From Lingula anatina (lineage: Eukaryota; Animalia; Brachiopoda), in NCBI GenBank assembly GCA_051362555.1, contig CM120648.1, positions 15,868,587 to 15,932,586 of the forward strand: a stretch of 64,000 nucleotides of DNA, given 5' to 3'. The notes under the pieces were generated by a model. That model worked only from the letters and a program-made list of their open reading frames with translations, ran no database searches and had not been told where the DNA came from. Shown in pieces: positions 11,437 to 23,742 of this stretch; the first letter of the stretch is position 1; each line of letters begins with the position of its first letter. The position numbers and the translations under genes are program-made.

Positions 11437-14251
11437 GTACTTAGACATATCAAAAATATTATGTCAAAAAGCGAGAACTTATCAGAAAGTTGAGTATATT
11501 TCGAACTGCAATCTTTTTTTTATCAGGTTTTAAACGTGTGACATTAACAGTATACATTTTCCATTGTACCAGTTGTTATTTCCACAACGAGGCTGAGAGA
11601 AGGATAGAAACCTCAGAGTTCAAACATTTGTCAACGGTTTTTGAAGTATACGACGGTAATTTATTTTTAAAATGTTGAAATTAGCAGACAAATATAATGC
11701 CTGCAGCTTAAATGCTTGCCGTTCACTATGTAACTCTAAAGAACTGTCAGTATTATATATATATAACATCCTTAATATCATAAGTGGATTGACTGCTAGG
11801 GTTAACATGTTTTTAAAGTATAATCCGTCAAAATAAAATAAAAAATAAATAAAAATAAATAAAAATAAATAAAAATAAAACAAAATAAAATAAACTGTTG
11901 ATGTTTGAAAAACCATATATTGTCGAGTGGACCGGTGTTGTCTGTAGTTTCTGAACAGTGTTTGTGAATAGGAGTTTAGACAATTTGCTTAAGGAGGAAG
12001 GCTGGCTTGTATTTCGGTTGGATTCCCTAGGCGAATATATACACGAGGCTAAATATAATTTGTAGGGCACAAATATAAGTTATATGAATGCAAAAATTGC
12101 TTGGTCTTGTCTATTGGCGCTTGTTATACTTTGTCCCTCGCAATGGAAAAAGGCAAGAATTGCAGTAAGCAAAGATGTCCCCAAAGATAGGCGAGTACTG
12201 TAACTCCTGGAACCATCAGCGTTTACTTTTAAAATATATCGGGTCATTTACCTGAAGACTGAGTCATCCACACCGAGTCCGAAAAACCCCAAGCAACCGG
12301 AATAAGAAAATAGAACTCCGTGCTCCTGTTCATCGGATCGAGGAGCAACATGCTAGTCAAGCATGCGCAGTTGCACAGAAATGCCAGGATGTACATGATG
12401 GGCCAGCCCAGGTGTTTGACCAATCTCCCAGCTGCAAGGTTACCAACCAATTGTCCTGCAACGTAGGCCAGCATTACCCACCCGTTATAGTGGATGCCGA
12501 TTTCACAGCTGACAAATGCCTGCGTGGACATAACATATATAATTAAGCATTATGTTCAATTAAGAAGATAATAAAGAAAGAGAAAAAAACCTTATATTTC
12601 CTCCCTTTTATATTCACCTTTACAACACTGCGATTCGTTTCGTTCGATGTATTTGTCTTTGGATTTCCTCTTAGATCAATAGAACTCTTTGGGTACACTT
12701 GCTAACAAAACTGCTCAGAAATCGCAACATATACCTTTGTGAACTCAGTGAAGATAAATTCCTCCTCAACTGCTGTAACCACAAAAAGGGGGATGAGAAA
12801 GATCAGTTTCTTTTTGAACAGTAGATGGCCAATAGCAAAGAAGAAGTCTTTAGATCCGTGCATGGCGTCACCGCTGGATGGGTGGATGTTCTTAACCAAG
12901 CACAACGTTATCAGAAAAGCTGTTCCGGACATTGCTAGAAAACACCCCAGGAGAATATACACTATGTACTGTTCCGGTTGCCGGATGTAGGTCCCGGATG
13001 TATCCTCCCACGGACAGAAAGCTGGTCCACATAGCTGACTTAAATTCAATGGGTTTGGAAGCCCTGTTGCGTTGAAGTAGGTCACCACAGGTTGGTTAAG
13101 TATTAGAGAAGAAACGATATTGCTCCAAACAGTCTCAAATGAGAATATGGCGTAAAACATTCCATTAAACATCCCCATGACTGTATGTCGCTGATTTTTA
13201 GTGATTTCTGCATACTGTAGGGCGAACGTGGTCACGAAAACCCCAGCAGCTATCATTGTCTGCGCATGCACTGAAACCAAATACCCAGATTATATCCACG
13301 ATTAATGCATATTAACGATTTTTGTTTGCACAACGGTGCCTTAATGTGTATGTAAATTGTGTGATCGAGGCACAAATAAATGTCTAACAGGATATACCTT
13401 AAAACACCACACGACATACGTCAGACCCACATATGACAAGAATCTAAGATTTCTTTCAATTTTAAGCACCTTTTCAGAAAGGTGTATAGTTTTATCAGTA
13501 ACCGTTACTACTATATGTGTGTTTCCAGCTTCATAGTTATTTAAATAACGGAGATAGACAAACAAATTCCATTAGAAAGTGGAAACATTAACTTAAAAAT
13601 CGGGTTTACTTTCGAATATTATGTTTCAACACTTCTGGATTAGGTATAACTTGGTTGCGAATAGAAATGAACATAATTCCTATGACATTTAAATCTCTTT
13701 GCAATGCAGTATAAAGGCCTTGCGCGCGATGCATGGCTTTTAAGAATCGGTAAATAATACCTACACACGCCTACACAGAATGCCACAGGAATGAGGATAT
13801 ACGCTTTTACATAGAAATGCACTGCTATCAACACCAACTGTCCGCTCCAACCTAGCAGGATTGAACCCTTGGCGCCTAGAAACCGTCCAATCACAGGGGC
13901 TGTTACAAATGAAAATATGGCACCTCCGTAATTCCCCATCAAAGCATAATGTCCAATCTCAGGATTCAGGATTCCTTCTAAGTTCAATAAAGCTGCTAAA
14001 GGAGAGAATCCCAGCATGTATGCCACCGACAGGACTACCAGCTGTATCAGCGGGGTTCTACTAGACGGCCTGAAGCTGGTTTTTGAGCCCAGCAACGAGG
14101 AATTGTTCTCCTCAGGTGCTGGGGTTTCGTTAGAGGAAATCGGCGACAAGAGAACCTCCATTCTTTGGCTCCCTGCAGTTGATGCATGGGTTGATTCCTC
14201 CTCTATGTCCAAGCCTTCGCAAGACAGAGTTGCCTCTACGACCAGAGACAT
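11126..14251 (-). CDS. unc93a: UNC-93-like protein A (MFS), copy 1; 4 exons, about 506 aa
   Basis: Exons 14251-13765, 13270-12735, 12519-12252 and 11355-11126. All introns GT-AG, phases 1/0/1, open frame. UNC-93 motifs LGAKGSI, VWSNIVSSL, LCGPAFCP, EFTKAFVSCEIG, WGFSDSVWMTQ and FICMNDKIYI are colinear with human UNC93A as recalled. Confidence 0.9.
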
Positions 14252-14409
14252 GTCGAATTCGATCTGAGAGGCACGTAAATATCAGGTTGACTAGCGTGTT
14301 GCTAACTGCGATTCACAAAGTTTATGCAGTGCTTTCAAACGATGTAGGTAAGCATAGTTTAATACGTATTTGAATGGGAATAGTGAAGCAAGGTTAATAC
14401 AGGTCGGTC

Positions 14410-14432
14410 TGATAAACCTTCTAATGTAAACA
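14410..14432. promoter_or_regulatory. GATA + FOX composite motif about 160 nt upstream of the copy 1 ATG; homologous motifs at 14617, 18883, 23019 and 32741
   Basis: WGATAA is followed, 15 nt from its start, by KGTAAACA in all five instances. Confidence 0.5.
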
Positions 14433-15692
14433 AGAAGGCATTGGACAAGTGGGAGATTAAATAACGTCCACCTGTTTTTGTCTCTGAATTAAGGCAATTT
14501 ATGGTATAATCAGATGTTAACTGTATAAGAATGTAGCAATTGTGTTTCTGACGGCAACAATGCTCCCCTAGTATTTACTAACACCTTAGAGTAAGTAAGG
14601 TTGAGGCGAGTCGGTCAGATAAGTCTTCCAATGTAAACAAGAACGCACTGGGCACGTGAGTGAGAAAATGACCTCCACAAGTTCCTGTATAGATGACTTC
14701 AGATATGTTTCAATATATCCAGGTGTAGCATCATGGGAAGTTACATTTTAGATACACACATTTGTTCAGAACATTATACATATGTATATTCGTAACAGAT
14801 AAACATACAGAAATATGTCAAGCTCCCAAATGGAAATTAAATGGAAATTAAGACATTTTTAAGTTTCTGTGTATCCAAATGTAGTGTCATTGCAGGTTGC
14901 GTACTACATGTAAATATTCAATTAAATACTTATATTTCCAATTTAAGGAAAAGAGTGATAGATAAGACACATCTAGGTTCAATTGTAAGTCAAATCTATA
15001 ATGTTGATTGCGATGTAAATGAGTTTTGGTATAAAAATACGTGACTTGGAAGATAGGGTTATTTCGTAGTCAGCAGATCTAGGGCAGTGATTTCTACTGA
15101 ATTGAAATATGTGACAAACATTTTAAGTCTGTTTCAGTTCACTCACTGAAACAACTTCATAAGAGCCCAAAATACCGAATTACCCAAAATATGTATTATT
15201 ATTATAGTGCACCCATGTTACTACGGACCAGATTACAAACATTCCCGACCTAAAAGTAGCCCTATGACTCAGATCAAGGTCCTCACAGTCCAGAAAAAAA
15301 AAGATTATTTGCAGTTGTCAGCATGTCTTCTGATACATTTGTGTTTTCTATCTCTTTTTTATGTAAAATATAGGTCCAAAATGTGCCATTCTCCAGACAG
15401 TATCAGTTTACAAATGTGAAACATCGCCAGTAATTTGACAAGTAGTTACAGAAGGTAAAGATTATTTAATGCTCTTGAAAGACAAACGCACCCCAAACTC
15501 GACTTTATATCTAATTGGCAAGTATTTTAACTTCAATTCATTAAATTTTGTTTCATTGTATTTTTTCGTTTTAATATATAATGTTGTATCCGGAAAACTT
15601 TTAATAAACAATTTTATTTTCTATTTTATTAAAACTTACAAATATTGCTGTAATGCCACGAAAGGCTGCTGTCAATTTCATCCTGTATGTAT

Positions 15693-18600
15693 TTACTTTC
15701 TGTTCTCTTTACGGTGAAGGAATTCAAACATTGCAAAAGAACACAAGGCAAATCCCATCACACCAAACACCACGTATATTTTGCCTTCCATACAGATGAA
15801 GTTTGTTGTGGCGTACAGTAAACCCCATGCAATATAAAGGGCCGAACGGACTGCTACAAATGCTGGCCACTTCTCGTTAGGAAACTGATGTCCCACGTAT
15901 GCTGAAAATATACGAGTACAACAATATAAAAAAGTATATGGTTAATAATCATAATTAATATTATAATAAAAACAGTTACAATAATAAAAACAATTTTTAT
16001 CAAATAAATTTAAGTCTTAAGCATTTTACGTGTATTGGAACTACTAACAATTTGTTCTCTACTACAGGTAATCTGATTAGAAAAACGAATTAACTGTCGT
16101 TAAGCGAGTCGATGATGACGTCAGGTAAGAGGTAATTCACGTGAAACGAGTCTTGGGGCGATGTATTCAGAAGGTAAATAAACCACGTGAAATGAGAGGC
16201 GCTCATTCGATGTCGATAAGCCCTGCATCACAGTGTTATTGTGCAGTACTTGTCGGATTCAGAAACGGTGCATTAAGACGGAATAAATTTACGTTTTGTC
16301 AGTGATATTATGGAGGATAAAAAATAGGCGTACTACGTGTATATGAGTACAAGAAAATAAAATGTTGAGGCAAACATGAACATGAATTTGGAATCGACAT
16401 CAAAGTTTACATGATTTTAAAACTAAATACGAATGAGAACATTGATATAAGAAAAACATGGGAAAAGCTAATGAATATAGAATAGTTCTATGTTGTATTG
16501 GACTTTCTTTACGCAGGCACAGTTACACCGACTCACTGCAATTAAAATCAAACTGTTCTGGCAGTTTGTGTGTTTGTTATTAATTGAAAGTTACAAGATA
16601 AAAATAATTTTAATGCAGTTATAAAGCAAAAATATATATAAAAAATATAAATAAAAAATATAAAACCGATCATTCACCCGAAGACTGTGCCGTCCACACC
16701 GAGTCTGAAAACCCCCAAGCAACCGGAATGAGAAAATAGAACTCTATGCCCCTGTTCAATGGATCCAGGAACAACATGCTAGTCAGGCATGCGCAGTTGC
16801 ACATGAATGCCAGGATGTAGATGATGGGCCAGCCTAGGTGTTTGACCAATCGTCCAGCTGCGAGGTTGCTTGGCAACTGACCCGCAACATAGGCCAGCAT
16901 TACCCACCCGTTATAGTGGACGCCTATCTCACAGCTGACAAATGCCTGTATGGACATAAAATATATATTTAAGCTAGATGTCCAGTTAAGAAGACAGTGC
17001 CTGTCTTTTTTCCTCCTTTTATGTTGGTATATAAGAACTGATTAATTTGATTTGAAATATGTCTAATTGAGAAGATATGAATATTAATATGAATAACTAA
17101 TTGAATTTTGTAAACTTATTTATAATTCTTAAGCCACCTCTGTGAACAGTAAATTTTTGTTACAATGTGTGCATTTAGTTGAGTAGGCTGCATACTTTGC
17201 GGCTGTGCGTCTGTAAGGGAGGCGGGGTTCAGAAAAATGATATATTTTACCGTTCACTTCGATTGACTAGGCTCTCGGTCCTTGATACTTACTCCTACCC
17301 CTCCCTCTCGGCCCATTTTCGTCCCCCTCACACACACACTGTAACTTATTCAAATATCCATTTGGTTTAAGCAAGTACCCTTATTCCCTGTGAGAGGTAT
17401 GCCCAGCCCCATCCGACCCTTATCCCTACCCGTCCTGGTATATAGAGGACAAGAAAAAGCATACCTTTGTGAACTCACTGAAGATAAACTCCTGTTCAAT
17501 TGCTATTGCTACAAAAAGAGGGATGATGAGGATCAGTCTCTTCTTAAATATCAAGCTGACGATGACGAAGAAGAAGTCTTTAGAACCGTGCATGGCGTCA
17601 CCGCTGGATGGGTGAACATTCTTAAGAAAGAACATCGTTATAAGTAAAGCTGTTCCTGGCATTGCAAGAAAACACCCCAGAAGAATATACACTATGTACT
17701 GTTCCGGCTGTCGGATGTAGGTCCCGGATGTATCTTCCCATGGACAGAAAGCTGGTCCACATAGCTGGCTTAAATTTATTGGGTTTGGAACCGCTGTTCC
17801 GTTGACAAAGTCGTCTACAGGTTGAATTAGAATCAACGATGAAACGAGGTTGCTCCAGACAGTTTCAAACGAGAACAGGGCAAAGAATATTCCGTTAAAC
17901 ATTCCCATGACGGTATTTTGCGGTTTTTTAGTGACTTCTGAGTACTGTAGGGCGAAAGTCGTTACAAAAATACCACTGGTGATCATCGCTTGCGCATGCA
18001 CTGAAATTAAGATCCCAAGCTGTAATAAATTAGGAATAAATAAATAAATAAATATATAAATATATAAATATTGAATCCCCAGTTGATGCCAGCAACTTAT
18101 AAAGATATTCGTTTTCGTCTTCAACCACTCTTCGAGTAGAATAAAACAAGAAAAATTAATTTCTGGATATGTATGTTTGCGGCCTAACGAGCATCGAATA
18201 ACGTGAAAAATGGACAATGGATGCTGTAAATACTCACATATGCCTACACAGAATGCAACTGGAATGATAATATAAGCTTTCACATAAAAGTGTACAGCTA
18301 TGAAGACCAACTGGCCGCTCCAACCGAGTAAGATTGATCCCTTGGCACCCAATAAACGCCCAATGACAGGGGCTGTTACAAAAGAAAATACGGCGCCTCC
18401 GAAATTGCCCATTAAGGCATAATATCCGACCTCAGGATTCAGAATCCCTTCTAAGTTCAATAAAGCCGCTAAGGGAGAGAATCCGAGCATGAATGCCATA
18501 GATAACACTAACAACTGTATCACCGGGGTTCGGCTGGACTGTCTGGCACCGGGTTGGGAGCGCAGCAACAAGGGCTGTGTCTCTGATGTCAAGGAACAAT

Positions 18601-18724
18601 TGCCAGACGAACCCTGGAGTAATGTTGCCTTCCTAGTGTGGTCCTCTGCAGTTGATGCTTTGGGTGATTCGTCTGCTGTTTCCGTTACTTCGCAAGACAG
18701 AATTGCCTCAACGGCGAGAGCCAT
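15693..18724 (-). CDS. unc93a: UNC-93-like protein A, copy 2; 4 exons, about 499 aa
   Basis: Exons 18724-18238, 18000-17465, 16945-16678 and 15901-15693. The first three exon lengths (487/536/268) and phases are identical to copy 1. Confidence 0.9.
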
Positions 18725-19040
18725 TTTAAAAGGTGCGGTGGTATACAGACTTTCGTGGATATTAGGTGGAGTGTCTTACGTTGAAAGCGTAAACAACCAG
18801 TTCGGTTTATCTGCACTGTAGAGACGTCTAAGTATTGCTTACCTCACACACATATATGGCAATGTATCATTGATCAATTTAAAGATAAGATTTCAATGGT
18901 AAACAAGAAAGTAAAGTCAAGGCCGTTAGAATGTAGACACCAGGCTAGATATCCTAATACGTGGGTGAAATTACGATTTCAAGTGAAAAAAAATATATTG
19001 TCACTTATATTGGGAGACTTGTATTTTCGAAGCATGTAAG

Positions 19041-19289
19041 CAGCGGCAGATTAAGGGGAGTGAGAGGGGAGTCCTAACCCCACCTTCGATTTCTGAAAAA
19101 ATTATACCATTTAGACCCAATTAGAATTTTGACTAGATGAATCATAGTTGTAAACCGTACCAAATGACACCGTTCACCATCTGAAATACCAATATCCTTT
19201 AGCGGGCCCCGAACCCTCCGCCAAAGGGAGCGAGGGTAGGCTTCGCGTGCATCCATGCCCCCCTTCAAATAATCCTGGTTTCGCCCCTG
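19041..19289. mobile_element. Degenerate GC-rich MITE upstream of copy 2
   Basis: Imperfect termini cagcggcagattaagg and cctggtttcgcccctg. The segment is absent from the homologous region upstream of copy 3. Confidence 0.45.
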
Positions 19290-19886
19290 GTAAGACTTTG
19301 TTAATTACATTGATACAGGAATGCCGTAGATTTTCCATTACGGGATATATATATAAACTCACATAAGAAATGGAGTTATCAGATGGGGTCTCCAAGGTAT
19401 TTGGAAATATCTATTAAAGCAATTTTCGAGCGGTAATTACCTAGTGGATAATGTGTCTATAAAATATTCAAAGGTATTTTTGCAGTGTACGTTTGAGTAA
19501 GCAATACACAGCACGTATTTGAATGGGAATAGCGAAGTAGGGTGAATGCAAGTCTTTTAGATAAGCCTTCCAAAGTAAAAAAAAACGCACTTGGCACGTG
19601 GGAGGTGAAATGTCTTACACCTGTTCTGAATTCAGGTATGTTCTAATATATTCAGCTGTAGCATGATTTAGATACAAGCATTTGTTATTTGTTAGGAATG
19701 AACATACAGAAAGAAGCCAAGCTCTAAATGAAAATTGAAATGTAAATTAAGACACTTTTACTTTCAACGTATCCAGATGCAGTGTCACTGCAGGTTGCAG
19801 ACTCCTCTATTCAATGAAAATTTAATATTGGACAAATATTGCTGTAATATGAAGAAAGGCTGCTGTAAAATTTAAACCGTCTGCAT

Positions 19887-22857
19887 TTACTTTTTCTTCT
19901 CTTTACGGTGAAGGAATTCAAACATTGCAAAAGAACACAACGCAAATCCCATCACACCAAACGCAATGTATATTTTGCCGTTCATACAGATGAAGTTCGT
20001 TGTGGCGTACAGTGAACCCCATACAACATAAAGGGCTGAGCGGACCCCCACGAATGCCGGCCACTTTTCGTCTGGAAACATATGCCCCACGTATGCTGAA
20101 AATATAAGTACAACAATATTGGAAAAGTATAGGTTAATAATAATAGTAAATATAGTGATACTAACATAATGATAATAACAGTTATAATAGTGATTTAGTC
20201 TAACACATATTTCGTGCATTGATACTACTAACAATTCGATCTCTACTACAGGTAATCTGATTAGAAAAATGAATTTACTGTCGTTAAACGGGTCGATGAT
20301 GACGTCAGGTAAGAGGGAAGTCATGTGAAAGGCCGAGTCAGTGGGCGGTGTATTGAAAAGGTAAATGTACCACGTGGGTATGAGAGGCGCTCATTCGAGG
20401 TCGATAAGTCCTGCAGAAGGGGCAGTACTGGCGTGCATACTAGATAAAGAGACTGTGTCTAAAGACTAAATGGATTTTCGTTTTGTCAGTGATATAATAA
20501 AGAAAAAAATAGATGTATGGCATGTGTACAAGAAAATACAAGATGAGGCAAACATGAACATGAATGAGTAATAGACATCCAACTATACAGAATTTTAACA
20601 TTGAGCATGTATGAAAACACTGATAAAAGGGAATTTTAAAAAAGCTAATGGATAAACAGTAGTTCTATGGAGTATTGGACTTTCTTTTGCAGGCAAAGAA
20701 GCATCTACTCATTGCAATTAAAACCAAACTGTTCTGGATGTTTGGATGTTTGTTTTTCTTTGAAAGTTAAAGGACAAAACATTATTTCTGTCTTTGAAAA
20801 GCAAGAATATACATTAAATCCGACCTGAAGACTGAGTCATCCACACCGAGTCCGAAAAACCCCATGCAACCGGAATCAGAAAATAGAACTCCATGCCCCT
20901 GTTCACCGGATCGAAGAGCAACATACTGGTCAAGCATGCGCAGTTGCACAGAAATGCCAGGATGTACATGATGGGCCAGCCTAGGTGTTTGACCAACCGT
21001 CCAGCTGCGAGGTTGCCTGGCAACTGTCCTGCAACAAAGGCCAGCATTGTCCAGCCATTGTACTGGACGCCGATCTCACAGCTGACAAATGCCTGTTGGA
21101 ATATAAAAATTGATTAGTACAAAATACATGTGCAATTGATAAGACAAACATATAACTGCAATGAATTAATAAAGTATTTATATATTTATTTATATTTCTT
21201 CAACCACCTCTGTGAACAGTAATTTTTCTTAAATTTTAGTGCATATAGTTGTGTAGAACGGATATTTTGTGGCTGTGTGTGTGACGGGGATGGGGCTAAC
21301 CATTCAAAAAACAAAATGATATACGTACTTGTCGATTCACGTCGTTTGAATATGATCTGGGTCCGTGATACTTCCCCCTACGCCCCCCCCCCCCACTTCG
21401 TCTATCGCTTCCACACACACGATAACTTAATTTAATATCGAGTTGGTTTAAAACTACCTTTCCCCTGTTCTCTACGTTTACATGCTGAATAAATATATGC
21501 CATGTCCCACTCTAGCCTAAACCCAGCACCCGTCCCTCCTTTATCCTAAATGTTATCTACACGGACGACCAGTAATAGCATACCTTTGTGAATTCAGTGA
21601 AGATAAACTCCTGTTCAATTGCTATTGCTATAAAAAGAGGAATGATAAGAATCAGCCTCTTCTTAAATATTAAGTTGACGATGACGAAGAAGAAGTCTTT
21701 AGAACCGTGCAAGGCGTCTCCCCTGGAAGGGTGAACGTTCTTAAGCAAGCACAAAGTTATGAGAAAAGCTGTCCCGGGCATTGCAAGAAAACACCCCAGA
21801 AGAATATACACTATGTACTGTTCCGGCTGTCGGATGTAGGTCCCGGATGTATCCTCCCACGGACAGAATGCTGGTCCACATAGCTGACTCAAGTTCATTG
21901 GGTTTGGAACCGCTGTTCCGTTGACAAAGTCGTCTACAGGTTTGTTTAGAATCAGCGATGAAACCATGTTGCTCCAAACGGTGTCAAACGAGAACAGGGC
22001 AAAGAATACTCCGTTAAACATTCCCATAACTGTATTTTGCGGTTTTTTAGTGATTTCTGAATACTGTAGGGCGAAAGTGGTCACAAAAACACCACTGGTG
22101 ATCATTGTCTGCGCATGCACTGAAATTAAGATTACGAGCTGTGATACATTTGGTCAACTATTTTAATAAGTAAATTAAAATATAATTATAAAAACAACAT
22201 TTGAAACCCCAGTTGTAGCTATATCCGTTAATAAATACCTTCGTTTGCACTTTCAACCTGCCTTAGTAATGGAAATTCAAGTGGGATTTTTTTAAGTAAA
22301 ATTCATGACTGAATATGTATATTTATGGTCAAACGCGCATAGAATAATGAACAGTGAATGCTGTACTTACATATGCCTATGCAGAATGCGACTGGAATGA
22401 TAATATAAGCTTTTACATAAAAGTGTACAGCTATGAAGACCAACTGGCCGCTCCAACCGAGTAAGATTGATCCCTTGGCACCCAATAAACGCCCAATGAC
22501 AGGGGCTGTTACAAAAGAAAACACAGCGCCTCCGTAATTCCCCATCAAGGCATAATATCCGATCTCAGGATTCAGAATCCCTTCTAAGTTCATTAAAGCA
22601 ACTAAGGGAGAGAACCCAAGCATGTATGTCATAGATAAGAATAACAGCTGAACCACCGGGGTTCGACTGGACTGCCTGGCGCCCGATTGGGAGCGCAGCA
22701 ACAAGGGCTGTGTCTCTGACGGCGCAGAGGAATTACCAGATGAACCATCCGACAATAATGCCTTCGTAGTGTGGCTCTCTCCAGTTGATGCATATGTTGA
22801 TTCTTCTTCTTTTGCCGTTACTTCGCAAGACAGAATTGCCTCTACGGCGAGAGCCAT
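19887..22857 (-). CDS. unc93a: UNC-93-like protein A, copy 3; 4 exons, about 499 aa
   Basis: Exons 22857-22371, 22119-21584, 21092-20825 and 20095-19887. Starts MALAVEAILSCEV; GT-AG introns. Confidence 0.9.
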
Positions 22858-23742
22858 TTTGAAAGGTACAGTGGTAGGCCTTGGTAGATATTCGGTGGAA
22901 GGTCTTACATTGAGAGGGTCAACCAGCGTTTGTGTAATCTGCAATGTAAAGACGGTTAGCATTGGTAACCGTACACATATAGATGGCAATATACCATCGA
23001 TCCAATAACAAGTTGGTCAGATAAGATTTCAATGGTAAACAAGCCTGTAAAATGACCTGTGTTCTCCATCCAAGGCCGTTAGAATGAGAACGCTATAGGC
23101 TAGAAGTCCTTACATGTGGGTGAAATTGCAATCTCAAGTGAAAAAAATGTCATATATATTGGTAATTTGTTTTTTTCCAAGCACGCAATACTGTGATAAA
23201 AAGCATCGCAACAGGAATATTTTAGGTTTCCAATGAAACGCACAAAATAAACGGAGTTTCCAGTCATGGGTCTTTAAGGTACTTCAAAATCTTTTTTTTT
23301 TTTTTTTTTTGCATGTGACGTGATTCATTGTATCTGCTAAATCATTTTCGACGAGTAATTGTCTATAGTTGCCTATATGATATTCTAGGATATTTTTGCA
23401 GTATACGTTTGGCGCTTGAACTTGATGGCATTTTGTTTAAAATAATAGTAAATATTGAATGTAGTATATACGAACATTATGAATAATAATATATCAAAAC
23501 GAAGCGTGCATCTACGTCAAAAAGTGCTTGTGAGAAGCATCGATGATTTTATTGATTTAAAAACTGATTTAATCAATTTAAGTGGACTTTCCTTTGATAA
23601 TATGAGTTGCTAAAATGTTATGTAACACACCCTCCATTTATTTATTTCATAAGAAATGGGTTTAATGAGCAATAATTGCCAAATACCTTAACGTGTCTCT
23701 ATCCAAATCGCTCAAATTGCTACATAAAATAAGGAAACAATT

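Noticed and set aside
17426-18724. 432-aa ORF as a single-exon gene
   Set aside because: It is exon 1 + intron 1 + exon 2 read-through. Canonical splice sites match all paralogs.
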